A stretch of 64,000 nt of DNA from Polyangiales bacterium (GCA_965214225.1 OZ243942.1:712298-776297), one strand, 5' to 3'; shown: positions 27,447 through 36,850, counted from the stretch's first letter. Notes: a model not told the origin generated them from the sequence alone. Program-made: numbers and translations.

Positions 27447-27463
27447 CATGAGTAGACTTGACA

Positions 27464-27479
27464 CTGAACCTTTGTTCAG
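27464..27479. promoter_or_regulatory. candidate LexA (SOS) box CTGAAC-CTTT-GTTCAG
   Basis: Perfect 6+6 palindrome of the GAAC-N4-GTTC class, 16 nt upstream of the imuA ATG. imuA-imuB cassettes are classically LexA-controlled. Confidence 0.6.
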
Positions 27480-27494
27480 TATTATGCATCTGCA

Positions 27495-28235
27495 ATGCAC
27501 CTTCCTTCAGTGTCCATAAGCAGTCGCCGTGACATTCCTTCTACATCTGGGTACCCGCTTCCTGATCCTGCACCTTTAGATATCGGCGTAACCAGTCCAT
27601 CGGCACCAATAGATGGTGTGCTGGTGGACGGCACATTGGCTGGCAAGCCTGATCCCGTCCTGTCTTATTCTATACGTGATGCCATACCTGAAAGCCGTCT
27701 TAGCGAGCTTTCAGGAGCGTGTGCTTCCGCTGCTGCCTCACTTATTGTGTCCACACAGCAGCTTGGAAAGCTTGTTGCCTATGTGCATCTTGGTCAGAGC
27801 ACGTTCTATCCTCCAGACCTGCAGCACGCCGGCATTGATCTAGATTCGCTTCTGTTTGTTAGTGTTTCTAAAAGCATACAAACCATGCAGGCCACGGAGA
27901 TTCTGCTCAAGTCTGGAGCTTTCTCACTCATCGTTGTTGATCTAACCGGAGCGCAACCTCCTCGCCATTCTTCAACATGGCAGGGTCGATTGCTTGCACT
28001 TGTGCGAGCTCACCACAGCCGCGTGGTCTTCTTAACTTCTAAGAATGCAAATGATTGCTCTCTTGGTTCGCTAATCAGCACCCATCTTTTTCTATTCGCT
28101 CACTATACCCTTTCAGATGCTTGCAATCGCTCAAGAACAGAAGTTCGATTCAGCAAAGATAAGCTCGGCATAAGGAGTAAGTTTGGCAACCGTTCTCCCA
28201 GATGCGAAAGACTTAGACTTCTCCGATCATGGTGA
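27495..28235 (+). CDS. imuA: ImuA-like SOS mutagenesis protein (RecA-fold, SulA/ImuA family)
   Basis: RLSELSG....AA..L, FYPPDLQHAGIDLDSLLFV, EILLKSGAFSLIVVDL and W.GRLLALVRAHHSRVVFLT match the ImuA pattern. Located directly upstream of imuB. Confidence 0.75.
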   Translation: MHLPSVSISSRRDIPSTSGYPLPDPAPLDIGVTSPSAPIDGVLVDGTLAGKPDPVLSYSIRDAIPESRLSELSGACASAAASLIVSTQQLGKLVAYVHLGQSTFYPPDLQHAGIDLDSLLFVSVSKSIQTMQATEILLKSGAFSLIVVDLTGAQPPRHSSTWQGRLLALVRAHHSRVVFLTSKNANDCSLGSLISTHLFLFAHYTLSDACNRSRTEVRFSKDKLGIRSKFGNRSPRCERLRLLRSW

Positions 28236-28287
28236 CGGCGGGACTGGACTTAGAACGATTCAATACAGCTCAGAGTGAGGCATAGGC

Positions 28288-29898
28288 GTGAGTCAGAGTG
28301 TCGCTTGTATTTACCTTCCTTCGTTTATGCTCCAATGGTCGTTGCGCGACTATTGGAAGCAGCCAGTGCAGCCTTCAGCCACAGTCGCTGAAGATCAGCC
28401 CACAGCCCCCTTGATCGACCTTAATCGCTGCGCACGCAGACTTCACCTTCACCACGGCATGAAGCAAAGCACGGCACGGTTGCTCGTGCCTTCCCTGCGC
28501 GTAGCTTGCGTCACTGCAGAAGGCACCGAACAAGTGTTAGAGGCGTTTTCTAGGAAGCTCTTAGTATTCTCTCCGCACGTGCATCAATGTGAGGCCATTC
28601 CTGGTGCATTTTTCTTCGATATTGCAGGACTGAGCTACCTCTACGCAACGCCCCAAGCATGGATTGAGGCTGTGAGCTGTTTCCTTGAAGAAGAGCGCTT
28701 ACATGCGCGAGCGGCTATTGGTTACACACGTCATCGCACATTTGCTGTGGCAACCGCTTATGCGGGCAAACGGGTGCTAAGCGCACGCGATGAACAACTT
28801 CTTTCTCAGAATGTGCCCATAGCAAAGCTGCCCTTTCCAGATTGGCTGAAACAAGAATGCCATCTACTTGGGATCCAGAAGGTGGCTGATTGGCTTTCAC
28901 TGGAGCGAGGTGAGGTGCTTGCTCGTTTGGGCAAAGAGGCCAGTGAACTGTTCGATTTCTTAGAAGGTTCACGCCCCTCCTCCATGCATCGTGTCGTTCA
29001 TCTCGAGGCTCCTCGTGTGCACCGAGAAATCGACCCTCCTGATGAAGACGTTCAGCGACTTTTGTTCACGCTAAAGAATGCTCTAGATGAACTTATTAAA
29101 ATCACTCAAGGGCGACTGCAAAAGATCCAGCGCCTGATCATCAAGCTTGAACTGGAACGGCATGAACCACATGTTCTAACCATTTCGCCTGCCGACCCTA
29201 CGTGTGATGTAACTGTGCTCATGGATCTGCTGCGGCTACACACACAAAAAGTTGATCTATCTTCAGGTGTTGAAGGAGTCATTGTAGAGGCTGAGTCTGC
29301 TGATGGCGAAAGTTACCAACCCTGGTTACTAGGTCAGCCTGTTCGCTACGATAAAGACGCTGCCAACCGCGCTGTTGCACGCCTCAGAGCTGCATTTGGT
29401 AATGACGCAGTCTCCGTGGCAGCCTCTAAAGAGGCTCACCTACCTGAAGCACAGTACTGCTGGAAAAGAGTAGACCATGTTAATGATCCCACGCCCTGTC
29501 TACCAGCCACCATGCAACCCCAAATTCGCCGCATTTTATCTAAGCCTCACCTTCTTAGTTCTTCGCAATTAAGATCATTGGAACTATGCGAAGGTCCTTT
29601 ACGGTTAAGTGGGGGATGGTGGGCAAGCACAACCACCCGCGACTACTACTACGCACTTCCCAAACCCTTGGAAGGCAAAACAGATCGTGAGCTGCGGTGG
29701 GTGAACGTACACTCTCATCCAGGATCTTCCTTGCTGAAACAACCCACCAAGGTAGCAGCTAGATTCAAAGGCGGTGCAGACGAGACAAGCAGTGCAGCTA
29801 GTGTAATAAGCAAGCCCGAGTGCGAATGTGCTCACTTCTACTGGATATTTTTTGACAAGAAGCGGAAGCGTTGGTTTCTCCACGGATGGTACGGGTAG
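28288..29898 (+). CDS. imuB: ImuB-like Y-family DNA polymerase paralog
   Basis: N-terminal ACIYLPSFMLQWSLR typical of ImuB. 536 aa. GTG start with GTGAGG SD. Gene order imuA-imuB. Confidence 0.8.
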   Translation: MSQSVACIYLPSFMLQWSLRDYWKQPVQPSATVAEDQPTAPLIDLNRCARRLHLHHGMKQSTARLLVPSLRVACVTAEGTEQVLEAFSRKLLVFSPHVHQCEAIPGAFFFDIAGLSYLYATPQAWIEAVSCFLEEERLHARAAIGYTRHRTFAVATAYAGKRVLSARDEQLLSQNVPIAKLPFPDWLKQECHLLGIQKVADWLSLERGEVLARLGKEASELFDFLEGSRPSSMHRVVHLEAPRVHREIDPPDEDVQRLLFTLKNALDELIKITQGRLQKIQRLIIKLELERHEPHVLTISPADPTCDVTVLMDLLRLHTQKVDLSSGVEGVIVEAESADGESYQPWLLGQPVRYDKDAANRAVARLRAAFGNDAVSVAASKEAHLPEAQYCWKRVDHVNDPTPCLPATMQPQIRRILSKPHLLSSSQLRSLELCEGPLRLSGGWWASTTTRDYYYALPKPLEGKTDRELRWVNVHSHPGSSLLKQPTKVAARFKGGADETSSAASVISKPECECAHFYWIFFDKKRKRWFLHGWYG

Positions 29899-29905
29899 GC
29901 AGCTT

Positions 29906-31828
29906 CTACTGACTTACCCTCTCCCACTCTGCATACGCTTTTTCCAACCTCTTCTGCGTCTCTTGATATTCTTCCAATGCAATGCGGTACTTGTCCGGCT
30001 GCGCGTGCAGTTCAGGCGCTCCCAGCGCCTCTTCTTGCTCCGTTTTGCGCTCTTCGAGCCCTGCTATCTTTTCCTCAAGCTGTCCAACCTTCTTTTTCGA
30101 TGTTGGCTTCTTCTGTTTTAAATCCTTGGGAGGCTTCGCATCTTTCTCCGACTTTGGCGGCTCTTTTTGCTGCTGATCTGCCGCACCAGTGTCCCCCGCA
30201 CGCAGGAGGCGCAAGTGGTCCATATACTCATCAAAGGTGCCCGGGTACCGCCGAAGTTCTCCTGATCCAACGTCCCAGATCACAGTTGCCAACCGTTTGA
30301 TAAAGGACTCACTGTGCGAAACAAAAACAAGCGTGCCGTCGTAGTGTGTAAGTGCTTCGGCCAACGCCTCAGCGGATTCGGTGTCGAGATGATTGGTTGG
30401 CTCGTCCATCAATAACAGGTTTCCCGGCTCGATTAGAAGACGAGCTAGGAGCACCCGTGCTCGCTCACCACCAGAGAGCACACCAACTTTCTTCTCTACA
30501 TCGTCGCCCGAGAATAGGAAGGCGCCGCACACCCCTCTCACAAACGATTCCGACTTATCCGGTGCGGCGGCAGCGACTTCTTCCAGCACCGCCCTGTCGG
30601 CACTCAGCTGATCGCTGTGATGCTGCGCGTAGTAACCTCTTTCAACCTTTGCCCCAAGCTGCATGACGCCCTCGGATGGCTCAAGCTCTCCTGCAATCAT
30701 TCTTAGTAGCGTTGTCTTGCCAGCGCCGTTTGGTCCCAGTATTGCCAGCTTCTCTCCACGCGCCACAACCTGGTCGACTCCGCTGTAGAGCACTTTATCT
30801 CCAAAGCTTTTGCCCAGTCCCTCGAACCGAACGACATCCCGCCCTGAACGCGTTGTAGGAGGAAACCTGAAGGAAAGCTTTCTCGGCTTGGGTATCTGCT
30901 TTTCCATCTTCGAGCTCATCTTCTCGATAAGCTTGACCCGACTTTGAGCCTGTCGCGCCTTCGTCGCCTTCGCCTTGAACTTGTCTACGAACTTCTGCAG
31001 CTCCCGTACCTTCTGCTCTTGATTACGCACCCGCGCCTCAAGCTGCTCTTCCTCTTGCTCCCGTTGCTCGCGATAGGCATCGTAGTTGCCGGTGTACATG
31101 CGTACGCCCTCTGGCTCAAAGCTCACCACACGGGTCACCTGACGATTGAGAAACGTGCGGTCGTGGCAAATGAGCACCACAGCAGGCGTAAACTCCTTTA
31201 GAAAATCGTTGAGCCAAAGCACCGTCCCCAGATCGAGATGGTTTGTGGGTTCATCCAGCAGCAACACATCAGGTTGTTGGAACAACAGCCCACCCAGAGC
31301 AGCCCGCATCTTCCAGCCTCCAGAAAACTCCGACAGGGGTCGATCGAGGTCCGCGTTTTCAAACCCGAGGCCTGCAAGGATCCGTTTGGCTTCGGCCTCC
31401 GAATAGTGCATCTCAAAGAACTGATCGCGCTCGAAAAGCTCGCTAAGAGAAGTGGCAAGCTCCATCTGCCGCTCCGGATCCTGCTCCGTCTCAAGCGCCT
31501 TCTCAATGGACTGACGCTTCTCTTGAAGTTCCGAGCGCCCTGGCACTGAATCCATTATTGAGCTGAGCAAAGACCCTTGCGACTGCTCCTGAATGTCCTG
31601 GGATAGATAACCGATTCGGCTGCTCTTTGCGCTGCGAACAAACCCCTCATCAAGGCGCTGAACGCCAGCCAAAACCCGCATCAGCGTCGATTTGCCCGAA
31701 CCATTGGCACCGATGAGTCCCACTCTGTCGCCCTGATCCACCGCAAGAGTCAGGTCGGAGAAGAGTTCGCGTCCACCGAAAGCAAGTGCGCCTTTTTCAA
31801 GAACCAATGAGGTCATGGCTGCCGGCAT
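29906..31828 (-). CDS. ABC-F family ATPase (Uup/YheS-like)
   Basis: Two ABC cassettes (GANGSGKST / LSGGWKMR and GPNGAGKTT / LSGGERAR). No TM domain. C-terminal Lys-rich coiled coil. Confidence 0.93.
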   Translation of the reverse strand: MPAAMTSLVLEKGALAFGGRELFSDLTLAVDQGDRVGLIGANGSGKSTLMRVLAGVQRLDEGFVRSAKSSRIGYLSQDIQEQSQGSLLSSIMDSVPGRSELQEKRQSIEKALETEQDPERQMELATSLSELFERDQFFEMHYSEAEAKRILAGLGFENADLDRPLSEFSGGWKMRAALGGLLFQQPDVLLLDEPTNHLDLGTVLWLNDFLKEFTPAVVLICHDRTFLNRQVTRVVSFEPEGVRMYTGNYDAYREQREQEEEQLEARVRNQEQKVRELQKFVDKFKAKATKARQAQSRVKLIEKMSSKMEKQIPKPRKLSFRFPPTTRSGRDVVRFEGLGKSFGDKVLYSGVDQVVARGEKLAILGPNGAGKTTLLRMIAGELEPSEGVMQLGAKVERGYYAQHHSDQLSADRAVLEEVAAAAPDKSESFVRGVCGAFLFSGDDVEKKVGVLSGGERARVLLARLLIEPGNLLLMDEPTNHLDTESAEALAEALTHYDGTLVFVSHSESFIKRLATVIWDVGSGELRRYPGTFDEYMDHLRLLRAGDTGAADQQQKEPPKSEKDAKPPKDLKQKKPTSKKKVGQLEEKIAGLEERKTEQEEALGAPELHAQPDKYRIALEEYQETQKRLEKAYAEWERVSQ

Positions 31829-31936
31829 GCCATCCTTAGCAGAAGGAGTCCAGTCTTCACCCGGTTGAGCAGGTGCGGTTGGAAGTGCCAGGTCGCCTCA
31901 TTGGCTTTCCTTCGCCAAATGCTATGTCCGATCCGT

Positions 31937-32584
31937 ATGGCGAATGAAGGCGTGATCAAGTACGCGTGCAACCATACGTACAGAAGTCTCACGCCGGGTG
32001 AGCAAGCTGCTTATCCTGATCTTTCGCGATGGCGAAAGGTCTTCAGGCAACGTCAACTGCTTGGTTCCGACCCCTCTCGATACGACGGTCTTGGTTATGG
32101 GAATCTAAGCGCCCGCTTACCAAACGCGACCTTCATCATCACTGGCAGCCAAACCGCGATTGAGGAATGCTTTGAGAGAGACGGATTGGCGCTTGTCACG
32201 TGCGTCGATCTACCTGCGAACGCGCTGACAAGCTTCGGTGAGACCCGTCCCTCTTCCGAAGCTCTCACACACGCCGCGCTGTACGCAGCCGATCCCAGTA
32301 TCTGGTTTGTTTTCCATGCACACTGCCCCCTGATCTGGCACCGACAGCAGCAGCTGCACCTTGCAGCAACCGACGAAAGCACGTCGTACGGAACTCTGGC
32401 AATGGCGCGCGAAGTTTCTGCTCTTTATGCTATGAACTCGAGACTGCGCGAAACGAAAATCCTAGTTATGAAGGGACATGAAGACGGTGTCATTACCTTC
32501 GGCAGGACAGCAGAAGAGGCCGGAGAGGCTATGTGCGAATGGCAGGACCGCGCAGGAATTGTTGAACACGAAGGGGCAACATGA
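31937..32584 (+). CDS. class II aldolase/adducin family protein
   Basis: GNLSARLPNATFIITGSQT and HAHCP motifs. Start set at ATG 31937 (MANEGVIKY). Confidence 0.7.
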   Translation: MANEGVIKYACNHTYRSLTPGEQAAYPDLSRWRKVFRQRQLLGSDPSRYDGLGYGNLSARLPNATFIITGSQTAIEECFERDGLALVTCVDLPANALTSFGETRPSSEALTHAALYAADPSIWFVFHAHCPLIWHRQQQLHLAATDESTSYGTLAMAREVSALYAMNSRLRETKILVMKGHEDGVITFGRTAEEAGEAMCEWQDRAGIVEHEGAT

Positions 32585-33123
32585 CAAGCACCGAACACGA
32601 CTATCTACTCTCCCTGATCCGCGACGTTCCTGACTTTCCAAGGCCCGGGATCGTGTTCAAAGATATCACCCCTCTCTTGGCCGACGGGCGGGCTTTTTCA
32701 CTCGCAGTGCGGTGGATGGCAGAGCAGGTCCCGGCTGGCTCCGTCGATGCCGTCATAGGCATCGAATCACGCGGCTTTGTCTTTGCCTCTGCGGTAGCTG
32801 AACGACTGGGCGTAGGATTCATTCCCTCGCGAAAGCCTGGAAAACTTCCTGCCAAAGTCGTCAGACAAGATTACGCTCTTGAGTATGGCAAAGATGCGAT
32901 GGAGCTCCATGCAGATGCGCTCTCACCAGGGATGTCCGTGCTCATTGTTGATGACGTTATTGCTACTGGAGGAACTGCACGCGCTGTCGTCCAGCTGACC
33001 AAGCGCCTGCAGGCAAAGGTGGCTGGGCTGGTCTTCCTGATCGAGTTGTTAGACCTCGAAGGCAGTACGCTACTGGACGGCCATGCCTACCATTCGCTGC
33101 TGCGTCTTGGTGCGGCATCATGA
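32581..33123 (+). CDS. apt: adenine phosphoribosyltransferase
   Basis: PRPGIVFKDITPLL and PRPP-binding VLIVDDVIATGGTA. 180 aa. 4-nt start/stop overlaps on both sides. Confidence 0.93.
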   Translation: MTSTEHDYLLSLIRDVPDFPRPGIVFKDITPLLADGRAFSLAVRWMAEQVPAGSVDAVIGIESRGFVFASAVAERLGVGFIPSRKPGKLPAKVVRQDYALEYGKDAMELHADALSPGMSVLIVDDVIATGGTARAVVQLTKRLQAKVAGLVFLIELLDLEGSTLLDGHAYHSLLRLGAAS

Positions 33124-33638
33124 GCAGCATCCGAGTTGAACCTAACCATGCGGAAGGAGGTTACGTTCTCAAGGCGGAGGAGTGGCTTCCCCAGCCACCG
33201 GCCGAAGTTTTCCCTTTTTTCGCGGATGCAACGAACCTCGAGAAGATCACGCCCGCCATCCTCCGATTTCGTGTGACAACGCCTCAGCCGATCACGATGC
33301 ACGAGGGCGCTCTCGTCGACTACAAGCTATCCATTCGCGGTATTTCTATGACCTGGCGCACGCGCATCGCCGTGTGGGAACCCAACCGACGTTTTGTCGA
33401 CGAGCAGCTGAAGGGGCCTTACGTGCGGTGGTGGCACGAGCATACCTTTGAAGCCTCTGAGGGCGGGACCTTGTGCCGCGACCGCGTTGAGTATCGCGTT
33501 CCAGGAGGACCTTTCGCACCACTTGTGCATTCCCTGCTTGTCCGACGCGACGTGGAGCGGATCTTTAAGCATCGCCAGACGATTTTGCGGAAGACCTTCA
33601 GAGCGCCAGACACCAGCCGAGCCCAAAACTCTGGCTAG
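33120..33638 (+). CDS. SRPBCC (START/cyclase-dehydrase) family protein
   Basis: Typical SRPBCC pattern (VFPFFADATNLEKITP...WEPNRRFVDEQLKGPY..WWHEHTF). 172 aa. Confidence 0.7.
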   Translation: MSSIRVEPNHAEGGYVLKAEEWLPQPPAEVFPFFADATNLEKITPAILRFRVTTPQPITMHEGALVDYKLSIRGISMTWRTRIAVWEPNRRFVDEQLKGPYVRWWHEHTFEASEGGTLCRDRVEYRVPGGPFAPLVHSLLVRRDVERIFKHRQTILRKTFRAPDTSRAQNSG

Positions 33639-33735
33639 GCGAATGATGAGACGACTTAGCGACTTAGGCGCATGATGAAATGGCAACGCCACGTATATCC
33701 CGAGCCAGGGACAGCCAGGGGCGCCCCCGGCGGGC

Positions 33736-33780
33736 GCTGGTCCGTTACCCGCTGGTCCGTTACCCGCTGTCCAGTTACCC
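33736..33780. repeat. 15-bp tandem repeat x3 (gctggtccgttaccc)
   Basis: Two exact units and one variant unit. A fourth degenerate unit (33781-33795) contains the cls GTG start. Confidence 0.9.
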
Positions 33781-33783
33781 GTT

Positions 33784-35235
33784 GTGCAAGCTGACGAGAT
33801 CCTAGGGCGGCTACTCCCGCATCTGAGCGGCATGCTCATCCTCGTGGTGAGCATCGTTGCCAGTGGCCACGTCGTGCTACGTAAGCGGGATGTAAGAGCG
33901 GCCACTGGCTGGCTCGCCCTTATTTGGCTCGTCCCCGCCGTCGGCGCCATCCTCTACCTTCTGCTGGGCATCAATCGCATCCGTCGCCGCGCCAGGCGCC
34001 TGCGGAAGCCTCTTGACTATCCCAAAGGGCCCTCCGTTCGCACAGAAGAGGACGTCATTCAGACAACCGGCGCGGCACATCTTGCGCCTCTGGCTCACCT
34101 GGTTGACAACCTCAACCCCCGCCACCCACTGCTGGGCGGCAACGACGTGGAGCTGCTCTCAGGAGGAGACGAAGCATTTCCCTCCATGTTGCGTGCCATC
34201 CGCAATGCCACGCAGTCGATCACGATGACGACCTACATTTTCGATAACGATAGGGCCGGGCATCTCTTCATCGAAGCGCTTCAAGAAGCGGCGCGGCGCG
34301 GCGTCGAGATAAGGGTGCTGATCGACGCAGTTGGTGTCCGCTACTCCCGCAGACCCGTTCACCGTTTTCTCCGTGGTCAACGCATTAGAACGCATCTCTT
34401 CCTACCTACACTGGTGCCAGGGTACATGCGTTACCTCAACCTCCGGAGTCATCGGAAGATCCTCGTTGTCGATGGCCAAGTTGGATTCACCGGAGGAATG
34501 AACATACGCGAGGGTAACCTGCAAAAGCTCTCGCCCGCGCCGCGCCACCCAATCATGGATGTGCACGTACGGATTGAAGGCCCTGCGGTGACGCATATGC
34601 AGGAAGTTTTCGCTGAGGACTGGCTCTTCGCTACCGGGCAGAAGCTCCTCGGCGACACCTATTTTCCTTCCATACCTCCTAAGGGCTCGGTGATTGTGCG
34701 TGGGGTGCCCGATGGCCCCGATGAACATCTAGGCCGAACGCGGATGATGTTGCTCTGCGCCCTTTCGGTCGCCCGCCATCATGTGCGTATTGTCACTCCC
34801 TACTTCCTGCCAGACAGCGCTCTAACCATGGCTCTCGGGGTAGCCGCCATGCGAGGGGTGCGGGTAGAGATTGTGCTTCCGGAGAACAATAACCTGTGGC
34901 TTGTGCAATGGGCAAGCCAAGGACTGCTACCCCAAGTGCTCGAAAGGGGCTGTGAGGTGTGGCTCAGTCAAGGACATTTTGACCACAGCAAGCTTCTTGT
35001 CGTTGACGGCGTTTGGTGCTTGGTGGGCTCTTCTAACTGGGATCCCCGCAGCCTGCGCCTCAACTTCGAGTTCAACATGGAGATATACAACCGAGATGTT
35101 GCTCGTGCGATCGACGCCATGATCGACCGCAGGTTGGAGGGTGCGCGACGGCTGCGTCTTGAGGACCTGACGGAGCGACATCTTCTTTTGCGGCTGCGTG
35201 ATGCCTTCGTGCGACTGATGAGCCCTTATCTCTAA
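33784..35235 (+). CDS. cls: cardiolipin synthase
   Basis: Two HKD motifs (HRKILVVDGQVGFTGGMN and DHSKLLVVDGVWCLVGSSN). N-terminal TM helices. Confidence 0.9.
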   Translation: MQADEILGRLLPHLSGMLILVVSIVASGHVVLRKRDVRAATGWLALIWLVPAVGAILYLLLGINRIRRRARRLRKPLDYPKGPSVRTEEDVIQTTGAAHLAPLAHLVDNLNPRHPLLGGNDVELLSGGDEAFPSMLRAIRNATQSITMTTYIFDNDRAGHLFIEALQEAARRGVEIRVLIDAVGVRYSRRPVHRFLRGQRIRTHLFLPTLVPGYMRYLNLRSHRKILVVDGQVGFTGGMNIREGNLQKLSPAPRHPIMDVHVRIEGPAVTHMQEVFAEDWLFATGQKLLGDTYFPSIPPKGSVIVRGVPDGPDEHLGRTRMMLLCALSVARHHVRIVTPYFLPDSALTMALGVAAMRGVRVEIVLPENNNLWLVQWASQGLLPQVLERGCEVWLSQGHFDHSKLLVVDGVWCLVGSSNWDPRSLRLNFEFNMEIYNRDVARAIDAMIDRRLEGARRLRLEDLTERHLLLRLRDAFVRLMSPYL

Positions 35236-35640
35236 GGCACGCGTTCTCCACATGAGCCCCCCTCCCAGTGTCGCGATCAAATGGCTTCTGTGGGGTCCAA
35301 CTTCGTAGCACCTCACCGGGGAATCAGTGAGCACCTCAGGAAGCGCCGCCGGTCCGTGATCTCCGAAAGGCCAACGTCGTTCCCTGAACTGCCCCGCTAG
35401 ATATGGATTAGACACTGTGGCACGCGGTAAGGAGCTTGAGCTCAAGGTGGTGTGTGACGAGGCTCTCAAACAGCCACGATCGCAGTGCGTACAGAGGGTT
35501 CTGGTACACCAACGCGGCGCGAAGCGACGTGCCGCCAACATGGAACCTGGTAGGGATGGTTGGATCGACGAGCAAACTAGAAAATTTACGCCCGCAGTAC
35601 ACTGCGACCGACGAGCCCACTAGCTAAGAGCGTACAGGCT

Positions 35641-35694
35641 CAGTAGTCGAGCTGCTGGCCCAGTCAAGCTGCTGGCCCAGTCAAGCTGCTTGCT
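35641..35694. repeat. 17-bp tandem repeat x3 (cagtcaagctgctggcc)
   Basis: Units at 35641 (20 nt variant), 35661 and 35678. The last unit overlaps the ku stop codon (35693-35695) by 2 nt. Confidence 0.9.
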
Positions 35695-36619
35695 AACTTG
35701 CAGAGGCCTTACGGCGCTTGTTGGACTTCGCCGCTCTTGACTTGCTAGGAGGCTTCAAAGCGTCGGCTTTCTTCTCCGTGGTCCTGCTCTTCTTCGTGGT
35801 CCTGCTCTTCTTCGTGGTCGGTTTCTTCTCCGCAGGTTCTGTCGCATCGAGGCTCGCCCTAAGTGCGTTGAAGAGGTCGATGACCTGCGCCTTAGGCGCA
35901 GCCGCAGGCTGCTTGACCTCTTGCCCCTCAGCCTTAGCTTCGATAGCGCTCAACACCCGCTTCCGATAGGTATCCTCGTACTTCTTTGGCTGAAAAGCTG
36001 CGGCTGTGAGCTGGTCAACCAGTTGGTCTGCAAGCTTTTGCTCTTCGGCTTTAAACTTAACTTCCTCACCTAGCTCAACGTCTTTAAAAGACCGCACCTC
36101 GTTGGCATGAAACAGCTGATGAAGTATAAGGCCCTCCTCGTAGGGCCGAACCATCACCAGTTGCTCTTTTCCCCGCGTGTGGAACCGACCCACCGCCACA
36201 GTCTGCGTGTCAATCATCGCCTGCCGGAGCAAGCGATAAGCGCGTGAACCGCCCTTGTCGGGACCTAAGTAGTACGATTTGTCAACGTAGAGCAGGTCAA
36301 CCGTCTCCTGAGGGACAAACTCCGCAATCTCCAACTGCTTGCTCTTTTCTCCCTCGAGCGCAGCAAGCTCCTCTTCATCGAGCTGAACGTACTGGTCCTT
36401 CGCAACCTCGAAGCCCTTTACGATTTCATCCCTACCGACCACTTCGTCGTGCACCGGGCAGTAAAGCTGCTGTTTGAGTCTGCTGCCGCACCCTTTGTGG
36501 AGCTGGTTGAAGCGCACCTGCTGAGAAGATGCTGCCGTGAACAGCTTTACGGGGATGGCTACAAGGCCAAAGGATAGTGTGCCGGAGCTTACAGCGCGAG
36601 CGGCCATGGACGTAAGCAT
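35693..36619 (-). CDS. ku: NHEJ DNA end-binding protein Ku
   Basis: AVSSGTLSFGLVAIPVKLFTAAS Ku N-terminus and Lys-rich C-terminal tail. Start chosen at ATG 36619 (GAGGA 9 nt upstream); the ORF-track start at 36784 is unlikely. Confidence 0.92.
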   Translation of the reverse strand: MLTSMAARAVSSGTLSFGLVAIPVKLFTAASSQQVRFNQLHKGCGSRLKQQLYCPVHDEVVGRDEIVKGFEVAKDQYVQLDEEELAALEGEKSKQLEIAEFVPQETVDLLYVDKSYYLGPDKGGSRAYRLLRQAMIDTQTVAVGRFHTRGKEQLVMVRPYEEGLILHQLFHANEVRSFKDVELGEEVKFKAEEQKLADQLVDQLTAAAFQPKKYEDTYRKRVLSAIEAKAEGQEVKQPAAAPKAQVIDLFNALRASLDATEPAEKKPTTKKSRTTKKSRTTEKKADALKPPSKSRAAKSNKRRKASAS

Positions 36620-36850
36620 ACCGCATTTCCTCTGGCTGAGACCAAACTTCCGGCGGAAGGCGCCTCCGGGTGCACGATCAGATTGAGAAGAGGGTACATA
36701 CGAGACGGTTTTTGAGGGGTCGTGCCTTCGCCGCAGCGTCCCGTGATCCTGTGGGTCAAGTAGACGCGGGAGATGACTACGCACCCCTCATTCATGTTAC
36801 TTTGAGCGGATGATCTTACACGACCCACTTTATCGCACCTCCACCAACCC

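Noticed and set aside
33327-33950. 207-aa minus-strand ORF spanning the SRPBCC gene, the 15-bp array and the cls start
   Set aside because: It is antisense to two confident genes. Its GNGPAGNGPA segment is simply the translated tandem repeat.
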